From Somniosus microcephalus (taxonomy: Eukaryota), in contig CM126205.1 of assembly GCA_052327205.1 (NCBI GenBank), positions 301,258,001 to 301,322,000 on the forward strand: DNA of 64,000 bases, written 5' to 3'. Positions 38,701-51,400 of the stretch are shown here, in pieces. Under the pieces are notes generated by a model. The model was given only the letters and a program-made list of their open reading frames with translations. It did no database searches and was not told the origin of the DNA. The number at the start of each line of letters is the position of its first letter. Position 1 is the stretch's first letter. Position numbers and translations under genes: made by a program.

Positions 38701-40080
38701 GTGAGGAATGTCTTGGGAATTGCTCTGTGCCAAGACTTGGGCTCCCGTTAAAGAGAAGGCCTCGCTACAAAGGTGGCCATTATTGGGCGCTGGTCATTTT
38801 ACAGTGGCCTGTATAATGGAAGCTTTCATCGAAAAGCACAACGAACAAATGAAGAGTTAAAAACAAAAAAGGACCAGGACTGCATCAAAAACACTTTTTT
38901 TAACGGGAAGGAAAGAGCAGCCAGCTTTATTTAAATCCTCACAAACACGGACACTTTGAAAATGGGATGCTCTATTGAACTTCACCGGTGCGCGTACAGC
39001 CGCAGGTGGGTATATCCCCAGATTAAAGGGGCACATGTGTCCAGGCTGTTTATTACATAAGTGGCTGCTGCTACAGTCAGGCCTCTGCAATCACAGGGCC
39101 GTTTACATGTAAACTTTCAGGTACAGGCACAGAGGGGCTCAGAAGGGCAGAAGCTAATCTTTCTTTGCATTTAACACTTATTCTCTGAGGAAGTGCTGGT
39201 CGACACCACAGCTTAACAGCACAGAATGTTGTGACCAGATGCACTTAAAATAATTTATTGAACAGTTAGCCTTTAGCTTTCTCGTGCATTATATTATCAT
39301 CATTCATTTTATTTTAAAGTATATATAAAAGCTCTTCACAACTTTTTTTTGATCTTGTTGGCATGGACATAGTGGTCACTTGTGAGGCATATACTTCATG
39401 TTTTACTTGCATATTAGGATTGAAATGAAATTTCATCACAGTTTAGGGAGGTCCAGTCAACCAGGTATTTTTAAAAAAAAAAACAAGTTTGATACTCAAC
39501 ACAGTGATTTTCTCATCTCATCTGTGTTGTTCCAGGGGGGCATCCAGTGGCATCAAGATACTTCCCCGAGGGAGCGAAGAAAGGACAGCATTGGAGCCAC
39601 CCTGTGTCACAACGTCATGCCTCTTCAATGGTCACTACAATAGGAGGTGTCTGAGGACAGAATACCTAGCACCCTGGTCATAGCCCTGGTACATGTTATC
39701 GTTAGTGGGAGGAAGGGGATGCAAGGTGATGGGTGTGAAACTTACCGAAGAGGGAAAAAAATGAAAAAAAAAATTAACAACCGTTTTAAAACGAAGTTTA
39801 GATCAGAGTTAATGAAGTATCGAAATTCATGGTAATAAATAAATAAATGGCTTGGATTCTAGATGTCATGATATCTTAATCTGCCGATCTGCTATTGATT
39901 GTTCACTCTGCCAGTGACCTTGCCAGAAGTGCTCTTCCACCTAACAATCAAATACACAGCGCCGTATGTCACCATTATAGCCCCAAACTAGTGCTTCACT
40001 ACAGAGCCCTGGGCAGCAGCTCGTGCACTCGCAGCACTTGTTCACTCAATTTCCATTTTTCATCCAAAATAGTTTTGCCA

Positions 40081-40240
40081 ACTATATATACACTATATAC
40101 ACACACATATATATATATATATACATACACATACATGTATACACATCTATACACATTCACACACACATATCTATATACACATATATATACATATACACAT
40201 ATTCACACACACATGTATATGTATGTATGTAAAGTGTGTG
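40081..40240. repeat. (TA)n/(CA)n compound microsatellite
   Basis: Alternating purine-pyrimidine tract. Confidence 0.85.
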
Positions 40241-43200
40241 TTTCTTTCTCAAATCGCGTGGTTGGATTCAATACTACATCTCCTTTTCTGTTAGTATTTG
40301 GAATATGCTATTTTATAGTTATCTGTTTATTTTTTCAGTAACTGTTCCCTCTGGTTCCGGGAATGTGTTGGAAAACGCCTTGTACAAGCTGTCACTTTAT
40401 GGAAATGATCGCTCTTCAGTAATTTGATGCACTGGATGATATTACACATTTGCTAAAGCCCCTGTCCTGTCCACACAATATCCACACAGTGGCATTTCCT
40501 CCCTTTGATTTGGCAGTACTTGCTGTCGGGTGGTCTGCAGCACGCTTATTTCGAAAGGTTTGGCAGCATTCCTCATATATTGCTACCTTTTCTAAATTAG
40601 TTGCTGCTTTTTGCTCCTTTCCGATTCCTGTTTATCTTTGCCTTGCCCGCTGGCAAGTCACTTTGCCCTGTTGTGAGCTTCCTCACACCGCACTACATGC
40701 TGTTCTTGTGACCCTCCTCCAAGGGGACAGGTAAGTGACCTGGTCCAAGGTCTCTGCACCTGGCACTTGGAACAAGCCACTGGGAGATGTGCAAGGGCGG
40801 CGGAGCCTGTCTAACCCTCCCGACTGCTTAAAGTCGATTACATATCCCGGGGAACCTCTCCCATTCGCCCATCACCAGCTCCTGGGACAATCCGCCTCAG
40901 ATCAGAACAGACTGAATGATCTCCCACTCCATGGCGCGGTGACCCTTAACCAGCACACTGCTCCACTGAGGTCGGAGCCAGACTAACTTTAGTTTCATAA
41001 TCTATTGATTTCAAATGTCCACTGAAAATGTATTAACACCCCCAGCAATCCCTGCAGGAACCGCGCGATGCTTTTAATGGAGCTGTTCACTTTCAACTCC
41101 TTTCATGTCTTTGTAATCTGATTTTAAAGAGGAGAGGGGCAGTTCAGCGGAGTGGTATATCACCTTAGAGGGAAGTTGATCTGTATCATCCAATCATCAG
41201 ACGCTGTGGCAAGGGAGCTCGCAGTTTACCACCGGCTCTAACAACATAGCAAACACCTTTCGTGTTCGCACTTTTCTCGTGCCCTTACTTTTTCACACTG
41301 CCAAGCTGCTCCAGCACTGACACATACTCATTTAACTCGCTAAGTTCCACAAATAAAAGTTCACAAATGACATTTTATTTCAAGAGTAAAAAAAAACTGG
41401 GGGTTTGTCCCCCCCCCCCCTCTGGTGGGTTCTATGGGCGTTGGTGCCAAGATTGTCAGCTCACAAGCCCCGACAAAGCGTCCCCAAAGGGTTAAATCGC
41501 TTGTAAGCGCCTCTGCAGAGGTCCGACATCACGTACGCCTGGTAAAGAATTATCCCAGCACCCCGCCTCGCACACAAAGCTTTTTTTTGCAATCAGCTTG
41601 CTACTTCCAAACCCCCAACCCACCACCCACCCACCGCCCAAGTGTCCTAAGGTGTTGGCTGAAGTAAATCTGGTGAACTCCGCCCGCAGCCGGTGGAGAG
41701 GGTGGAGGGAGAAGAGAGAAACAGGAAAGAAGGGGTAATATAAGATGTAGTTCTTCCCCCTACCCCACCCCAGAGTTCTCAAACCCTTCCAAACACAAAT
41801 CAGATATACCCTCGACACTTCTGTTACGTTCAAACCATACGCCGCCCTCTGAAACTATTTCAAAACTAAAACGAACATTTTGGAAATGGTTTCAGCCCTT
41901 TTAGACAGACACCCAGCTAAATAATGCGTGACGGACAGTTCCCTGGAAGTCGTGGTTTGTTTTTAAGCAGAGTAATTTAATTCTGTCCTACCCCTGGTTT
42001 GGAAAATAACATTCTTGTAAATTTCACCCAAGTCCAGCCCAGCCCACTAATTGTTGCTAATTGTCCTTATTGTCTCGGCCCGAAACCTATGGTTGGCTGC
42101 CTGTGAATTTCGTGAAGGTTAATTTCGAACGGAAAAGGACGCACTTTTTTTTAAGATTCGAAGATAAAGGTGGTCACTGAACTACAGCTGTCAACTTCAC
42201 TGACTAAGTGGCTGTAAAATACCTTGAACTTCGTGACATGGCAGGGCTAGCTACAGCGGAATGTCGTGTTAGCTCGATTTGTGTTAGCTGAATTATTATT
42301 TTTAATTTTTTTTAAAAAAAGATCTAAAATTTATTTGAGCTGTTGAAACCAAACTGAAACTAAAATAGAAATCGGAAGAATATTCCTTTCATGCCTGGGG
42401 AAGTAAAAAAAAATCTAGATTCTGTATTATTGCTGAACTGTGTGGTGCTGTACGGTACAACAACAACAACAACAATGTTGTACAGCAAACGTTTTCAGGA
42501 TGTACACCTGACCTCAGACACGGCAGACTCGGGAGTAGAATGTGATCCTCTTTAGACAGTTCTGCTCAAGTGTTGCAGCGAGTGGCCACGAATAGTACAG
42601 GCATGCCATCCTGAAACATTATCTGTCTGTCAAACAGGCCAAGGCTACATGGACAGGGGAGAGTGCTCGCCATGTAAGGCTGTAACCAGGGGAAGCCCAG
42701 TTAGCTTTCACAAACACCTAAGCTATTTTCCTCGACACCAAACCCTCCCCTCCTTTCTCTCTCTCTTTCTCTCTCTCTCCCTCTCTCTCTCTCTCTTTCC
42801 CTCTCACTCTTCTTTTCATCTTGTTCTTGATGCCGAATGCAAATTTAGCCTGCTGGCGGTGAAAGGGCTGAATTGTGATTAAGAAGAAGAAGCTCTTTCT
42901 TTGTTCGCCCCTCAGGGGATGTTTACTGGGAGAGACACGGCGGATCAGATATGAAAGGCATTCAGGTCACCATTGATGTGAGTGAAAGTGAAATCATACC
43001 TAAGGCATTCAAAAGACCGCAGTGTCAGAGTTCAGCTAACGGTGCCTCTGCTGTGCATATTTTCCCGTTAGGAAGAACTCTCAGACAACAAAATAAATAA
43101 CACTTCTCACAACAACATGCATATGCACACTTCTTTTACATTTCAAAGTTGTTTTTAAATACATGTTAAACATTACACTTTCTGCTAGCCTTCCATATGA

Positions 43201-46200
43201 TTGATTCATATATTACTAAATATATATTTCTTATTTTGTTTTAAAAATCCTGTTTAGTTTTTCAACTGATCCTGCATGCATCTGCTCAAACATCAGCAAT
43301 TAAGTGTCGGAAGATCTTTATTAATTATGTTACACGCTTAAAGCAAAGAATCCTTTTTTTTCAACAGTAATGCCACACCAGCCAGCTGATTCAATCCCTC
43401 TCCCCACCCCCTCCCCACAATTTTTTTTTAAACAGGCTAAAGAAGCCGACTAAAAGCCCATCAGAAAAGGTGTCTGTTTTAGACGCACAGACAATTGCAC
43501 CCTTGTGGGATTGCGGAGTGAATAGTACAGTGGACACCCTAGCACTATTGACGTTATAAACATTAGTCCTGACAATCAATTGTCTGTGATCACTGCAAAC
43601 CCGCTCTCTCTCTCTCTCTCTCTGTGCTTTGATGACAGGCGCAAAATAGTATGTACCTTGGGAAGCCGCTTTCTTGGAAATGATACAAGGAGCGAAAAAC
43701 ATATATATACACAAGCTTTAAAGAAAAAATCCAGAAAGCTTTATCTTCTTCCTCCTTTCGTGAAAGTGCACCTACAATGCCAGGACTAATGACAACGGGC
43801 TAAAATGTTTGAACTGGAAGAATCTGCCTTTGTTAAGTCTTGAAAGCAATGTTGCTATAAATGAATTACTGCCTGTCTTTTTACCTTCAGCATGAATGCA
43901 GACAAAACTCTGCTCGCAGCATCTGGTCCTTTACCCTTAACCCATTCCTCCAATGTACCTTTATTGACAATGATCAATATATCCTAACAGAAGGGAAAGA
44001 TCCTTTACTAATGTGTTTACTGCCGATGATGGATAGCTACTGGTCTGAGGTAAGTAGAGGGGGCGGGGGAATAAATCTTCACAATCCTAATGAGTGATTT
44101 TTACTACCTGAAAAAAAATAAGCTGGACGGTTGCTTGTTATTATACCCACTTTGCACTTTTATTATACATAATTTAAAATTTAATATATATTATCAAAGC
44201 CAATCCCCTCACATTTGCTCACCAGGCTAGCTGCAAATGGCAACCAAGTGTAGCTTTTACAGTTAGCTGTTACTTGCAACACCTGGTGAAAGTATTGCAA
44301 CAGTGTTTGAGCGCTGCTGGTAAAGGTTTATAAGGCTCCACGAGTGATGTTTATTTTCCTGTTGTCTGCAAAGACTTCTTTTTCTTCTCTCTCACCCTCT
44401 CTCTCTTTCTCGTGTTATTTTCGATGTTAAGTTTTTTTTGTTGTTGAAGCTGGGCGGACTCACGAACCTGAACTGAGACATACACTGGGTCAGTCGACCA
44501 TGATGATAGGCTCACTGTTTAACGTCGCTCAACAGAAACAGCAGTGTCGGCCCACAACAGTTAATCCCATGATAGTTTTATTTTTTTCTCTCTCCTTCAA
44601 AAGCAAGAAAGCGCTCGACAGATATTTAACAGTTAGATTGCACCGGATTCGGTAGATTAAAAAAAAATGCACTTGCTTTACTAAATGAGGTTTCCCAAAT
44701 CCGCACTCCTCGCGCAACACAAGCCTACTTCAAAAACAATATCCAAACTTTTGTTCGAAGCATTTCTCGAGATGCAAGTTCATTTCCTTTCTCCGACACA
44801 GATACCGATCAACTTTAGCAGTTTTAAAGCTTTCGTAGAAGTGACTGTGGAGTGATCAGATCGACTGATGGGACACCAACATTAAATAAATAAAATGACC
44901 ATAAGCTTATGTGGGTGGTGAAACAGGCAACCCCACTTAATCATTAAACATTGCGGGCACTAGTTCTGCAATGGACAAAGGGCAGAACGTTAGCATTGAC
45001 ATGAACAGGACCTGTGTGTGTTGGGGTGGTGGGATGAGTGTGGGGGGTGGTGAGGGTGTGTGTGTGTGTGGGGGGGGGGGGGGGAACTATAACAACATCT
45101 TAGTGCAAAGGGTTAACCAAAACAACAACAAAAAAGACACTTTTTTCACTGAGCAAACAGACCCCGAACAGCGGTAACGCGGTTACCAATTGCGAAATTG
45201 CTACATGCACATCAATTTCACTTGCTAAAAAGAAGTTTGATTTCTTTTGATCTAACTGGAAATCAAAGTTACCCAAAGTATAAATTATTAAGTAAGCGCA
45301 GGTCTCCCGGGTCCTGAAACAAACCAGTTAAAGTAAAAGTGTTTCAAAGTTACAGATGAGTCAGTAATCATCTGACTTGGGTTGTGACTGAAACTGACAC
45401 TGCCTTTTGTTCGATTTTTTTTCTCTCTTGGCATTTTTCACTCCCCTCCTGCCCGATCACATACAGTTACTCGCAGTCCAGCATCTCCCCCCACCTCCCC
45501 CCTTCTTTTTTTTCCTGCAATATATATCGCCCTGATAACATCTTCAAATGCTGCTATCAGCGGATGCACAAGCAAGGAGCTGACATCTTTTCCATGACTC
45601 CAGGAGGGGAGGCGGGGGGGGGGGGGGGGGGGAGAGAGAAGATTAAAAAAAACCTTCTCGTGCAGTCAGTTATGATAAATGCAGACGATTCCCCCGGGGA
45701 AAGGCATTTGGATGTGTGCATGACACGGGAGAAAATGTAAAGCGCTTTTACCTGCAGCCCCCAACTACCGATCACAACAGAAAGCAGGGAGGGATGTGGA
45801 TTAAAGTGTAAAATAAACCCACCATATCTTTAGAATAACCCGAAAACAAGGCACTCAAGACAACTTGAAGTCACGTTAGAGATCCAGCCATTGATTTTCA
45901 AGGCAAGTTGGTTTCGAAAGGATCCCTACCTTATTTGCCTTTTCCTATCATTGCTCTCTAATCTCGTGTTCCCATGTTTCGTGAACTAACACACACACGT
46001 ACACACAAATAGGGGAAGAAGATTTAAATAAAAACCCACTCTGGTTAATCTCTTAACACTAGCAACGTGCGTTTGGAATACTTGGAAAGGAAGAGGAAAA
46101 AGAAAAGGAATCAGCCTCAAGCATTGATACAACAAAAAAAGGAGAAAATCAATAACTTTAATATGCTAAAGGAGGAAAAGGCAGACTGCGTGCAGGGGGC

Positions 46201-47138
46201 AAGGTAACATTCACACACACACACACCCCGTCTCCTCGTCCAGTCGCTATGGACTGTACTTTAAATAGAAACTCGCGATTCCTCTCCCCCCCCCCCTTTT
46301 TCTGCTATTGTCACGGACACTTTATTTATCGATGGAGCCAAACATATCAAGCAAGGGGGCGGGGGGGGGGGGGGGTGGTGGGGGTGGAGGGGCAACGACA
46401 CACAAGATGAAATGAATGTTACACAAAATGTCGAGCTGGCGGCACAACATTTGAGCCTGTGCGAGGTGAAAGCATAAACGCAGCGACAGAGCCTGATCCC
46501 GAATCACACACACAAGCTTGAAATATTGTGAGGGGCGACAAACACACAGACTACACACACACACACACAATCTAGGTACCAAGAGAAACGTTTTATTCTG
46601 ATTCCGTTATCACCCCTTCCCTCCCTTTCCCCGCATCACACATCAACACAACAAATTATAAAGAAACAACAGACAGAGAGAGAGAGAGAGAGAGCTGCTC
46701 CTTTCAAAAACAGTCGGATCGCCTTTTGTTTCCTTATTTGTGGTCTAGAAATTCTTTTTAAAAAGTTACAGTGATCCTTGAAAGGAGAGAGAGAGAGAAA
46801 ACGGATCGGGCGGAAAGTATTAAAACATTTAACAAATATATATAAGGTGTGTCCCGTTAGACTCAAGTGCTGCCAAAGTCTGACACGTCGTTTTTTATAT
46901 ATCGAAAGAGTTCAGATAAATAAACCATCGCTTGGAAAGCAAACAAAAGAGGGACATAACGGTTTTCTCCTGTAGGCAAATCAAGGTATTGGAGAGAGAG
47001 AGAGGGAGAGGGGACGGGAGTAACTTTCACACAACATACATCTCGCACTTTCACTGGGGGAGGGGGGCTTTCTCGTTTCCAGTCAATCAACATTACACAC
47101 ACACACACTCACACACACACAAAAAGGACCCGCTGCTA

Positions 47139-47348
<210 letters not shown>

Positions 47349-49551
47349 CTTCGGAGAGAGAGAGAGAGAGAAAAATAGAGGGAGCGTTTTACAAAAAACA
47401 CACACGCCAACAATGTGTTTTACGGTACTCATTTAAATACTGCCCGCGAAATAAAGCACATCCCGGCCACCAGCACAGTCGGCGGACTTGGGCTCCAGCG
47501 ATAGCAGAAGCCGGCACCTCTCCCAGCCCTCGGAGCCCTCAACGCACATCGCAACTCTCAGCACTGACTTTATCCCCAAATGTTCCAAACTGGGGCCATT
47601 GCACGGTAGCGGAAAGCCTGCGACTGTCCAGGCACATAAAGGCGGCTGAAATCCGCTTTTATATTATATATATGTTTTTTTTTAAATGCGATTGTTAGAA
47701 AGAAGCATGACTATTTTTTGAAGAGGGTTTTTTTGTTGTTGTTGTTGTTGCACTTTACTCTTTTGTTTGAGAGAGGGAGAGGCAGGGAGGGAAACAAGCG
47801 CGATCGCTGACTTACGAGATGGGAGAGGTGGACACACAAAAAAAATATGCACTGACGATCGATGGGGTCGTTGTGTGTGTGAGAACCGGCATCGTGCTGG
47901 TTTCCAGGACTTCAGAAATGTTTGATTTTTATTCCCCCTGACTGTAGGAAACGTGTAATCGTTAAACTACATCAGCATCTGCAACTGGGGTGATGAAAGA
48001 CAAAGTAACGGTGCCGGCTGAGATCAGACTCTATGTCAATCTATGCATTTCCGGCCGTATTGGAATGTGCACGTTTACCTGCATTTATTTACTTTTTGCA
48101 ACCAACACCCCCCACCTCCTCCCCTCCTCCCCCGCGCCCCCAGCAAATATTACCAATCCTCGTTCCACGCACACACACACACACAGCCCAAAGCATCAAA
48201 CACCCGCGATGATTAAAGGTGATTCCGGCTCATGTGGGCAAAGTGTAACTATAACATGACATGCATCTGGTAATTTCCCCCAAATTTTACAGATGTTCCT
48301 TTTTTATATATATTTAAAACACACACACAAATTGATTTACGCCCTGCGAATGATGGCAACCGATGGCTGGAAACGTATGATTTTAAAACCTGCTTTGTTG
48401 TGAATTCAAACTGAAACGAAACTGACAAATGGGGGGAATCCAGGCACTGCTCTATAAAAAGGTTCGCATCAGATAAACCAGCAGCGCACAGAAACTATGT
48501 TTAATGGCTGATATTTATTCCAGTACATTGTATATATGAAAGTCCGACCACACTCCACACAAGCAAAAAAAAACCCACAGCAACAAAGACTTTAGGATCA
48601 CTCAAAAAATGGCTAGTCCGACTTATCTTATGTAATAAAGTCACATAAGCGACCAAGCGTGTCATAGTGAAAAATGCCATCAGTGTGCCACACATAACAA
48701 CTGCACTTTCTTTTTTACTTACTCGGGTGAAGGGAAGAAAAAAATAAACAATTGCGACTACCTCCTACACAATGAATCACACTTTTAACACCACCCGCTC
48801 CCCTGAATTCTGATCAGAACTGACTTTAGTAATAATTCGCCTTCAACACCAACCCAACTTTCACTTCTGTCATTACAATTGATTTCTGTTACCCCCCCTC
48901 CTCCCCCCCACAACCCCCGAAGTTTGCTAGGGTTTTTTTTTTAACGCGGAGAGCAAGGCAAAAAGAAAGTAGAAACACCGCATAGTTCAAAAAGGGATTC
49001 AAAGTTTTGGTAACACGTCCATTCACAGCAATAGGGGGATCCGGACTGTTTCAGTTTGTTGTAAATTACAACAACAAAAAACAGTGGCTTCCCATAAATC
49101 CTCTACAATAAGAAATATTCTGTCGCTCTTTTAAATCCCTCGAAAATTCCGTCTTTAAATAAATGAGAGCCACAGTGAGGAGGGGAAACGCATCGAGAGA
49201 GTCAGTCGCACCGTCGCAGCAGGTAACGGTCCACTTGAATAATCCATTCCTCACTAAAATAACAAAAGCCAACAAACGAGAAACACACGCGAGCTGGACA
49301 AGAGAGAATTGCCATTTTCCTAAAGGATTCCCACCAGCTGACGGACTTGCTTTATTTTTCTTCACCAACACCTTTTTTTTTTACACCTGGATGTCAGGTA
49401 CTTTAACAAAGTTTTGCCCCCAAAATGCAAACAGCATTAAGAGGTGGAACGGATGAAATTCACAAAAAGTTTATTTCCTCGCGCGTATTTACAAATACCT
49501 GCACACACAATCTATCTATGCATATTATAGATATATAAATGTATAAAATAC
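47349..49551 (-). other. ZEB2: ZEB2 intron 1 (5'-UTR intron, 2203 nt)
   Basis: GT..AG boundaries between the two exons. Size is similar to the ~2.5-kb mammalian 5'-UTR intron. Confidence 0.82.
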
Positions 49552-50015
49552 CTGCTCTGTCCTGGCTGTGTTGTTTAGTAAGACTGGTAGGAGATCGGCA
49601 GCGTGGAGATGAAGGAGCATGAAGAGCAAGACGAGGTTTTTTTTTAAAAAGGGGGAGAGAAAAAAACCTTTAAAGACTTGAGGAAGGACCGTTATTCCTG
49701 CTGTGCAGGTTAGAACTGATCGCTCCGTTGTCTCCCACACCAGGAAACACAACCTGTGGACGGACTGACGTGTTCCGCTTGTTGGAATGACATTTTTCTA
49801 TAAAGAGAGTCCCTGAAGTGCGGCCCCAGAAACGCACGCCACCTATCTTCGTGGTAAGGGATAATTGAAGATCCGTAAACGTGATCATCGGTAGAAGTGA
49901 CGTTTTCAAACATTTTTCTCCCTCTCTCTCTGTCCAGTACGAATCTGGATTAAATTACCTTTACAGTCGCGGCCATCATCAGAGGAAGGGGAAGGGTGGC
50001 GGGGAATGGAAATGC
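49552..50015 (-). other. ZEB2: Non-coding exon 1 of ZEB2 (5' boundary approximate)
   Basis: Minus strand has blocks I recognise from the mammalian ZEB2 leader: CTTCAATTATCCCT..AAGATAGGTGGCG, AACACGTCAGTCCGTCC..AGGTTGTGTTTCCTGG and GATCAGTTCTAACCTGC..GCAGGAATAACGGTCCT. Ends at a CAG|gtattt donor (49552/49551). The TSS is not directly visible. Confidence 0.85.
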
Positions 50016-51400
50016 AGATGCCCCTCTCCCTCGTTCGACCTAAGAGTGAAATTGCACCATTCTTACATGGCTAGCTGTATCTGAAAGTACAGATCACACA
50101 GCCCCGTGCCACTCAGTGACTTCAACAACAACAACAAAACTCCAGCCCTTTTCAACTCTTGCTCGCTCAGACAGGCAGTGGGACAGACGGATGCATCGCT
50201 ATGTAACCAGCCTCCCAGATGCGGCTGCCGATCGGATCGGATCGGATCTTCCCCTGGCTTTGCCAGTGATGTTACTTAAATGACATGTTTTATTTCACAG
50301 AAAGTTGGCGGCTCGCGTCTCATTTTTGCTTTCCACCAGCCCAATAGTCTGAATCTTCTCATCCCGAACTGAAATTTCGACATTGATACCCCCCCCCCAC
50401 CCCCGCCGTTGTAAAATGTGTCTCAGCTGAACGTTTCGCAATAACTCGAAACTTTCACCATATTCAGAAACTTTGATCTTGTTTTGTTTTAGTGATTTCA
50501 AAACACACGAGCATCGTGTTCTTTTACGCCTTATTAAAACATGCCCCAGGACCCTTAGTCTATTCCCTCCCAGTGTCTGACTGGTAACCTACCTTTAACT
50601 AAAGAGCTCGCCCTTAAACATCAACCGCTAATGATTATTTAAACTACTGCCTTAACCTCTAACCCTAAGTAACTGATCTAATAAAAAAAGGAGGGGGCAA
50701 TTCTCCGGAGTGAATCGCACTGGCGGCTAAAGGGTTAACGCGCTCTGTTGACGAAGTTCTCCTGAAACAGGAAACAAACCATTACCTGGCTTTAACATAA
50801 CGATTGGGATTCGTGAGGTTGGAAGGATTTTAAAGCGATTATATTTGAGTTTGTGGCGTGTGGTTCTGAAATGCCTTATGTGTGTATGTGCTTATACACC
50901 GCGCCAGTGTGTCTATGTGAGGTTTCCCCCTTTTTTCTCTCTCACTAGTTGTACATTTCCAAATATCTGCTTCTCGCTTGTTTCACATCGATACCAAAAG
51001 CTCAGCCTCCGCGGTGCAACCATTGGCTCCGTGACAGTCCCCAAGCTGCCCTGCCTTGACATGTCGCTAACTCCTGTTTGGTTCATTAAGTTTTCAATCA
51101 CCAGACATTGGGTAATAATAAATCCGATTGATCATTTATCGGAGCCAGTCATTTTGTTTTTGCAGGAATAGGCGGGGCCCAGAGGTTTTTGGGGATGCGC
51201 AACTTCTGAGGTGTTGTGGGTTTTTGTGTAACGAAATGTAAAAGTGGGTTCCCTGGAGATCTTGAAAAAGTCCTGATTCCCGAGATGTTTTTTCTTTTTA
51301 TTCCTGTAATTATTCCAACATTGCTGGTTAAAGGTAGCAGGATCTGGTTGGCTACGTCGATCGGGCGTGTGAAATGTTTGAACAAAATGACCTGGTGCAT
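50016..51400 (-). promoter_or_regulatory. ZEB2 promoter-proximal CpG-rich region
   Basis: Immediately upstream of exon 1, repeat-free, and visibly richer in CpG than the flanks (by eye). Confidence 0.6.

Noticed and set aside
50229-50248. (GATCG)n repeat in the promoter
   Set aside because: Only about four copies; no basis for function from sequence alone.
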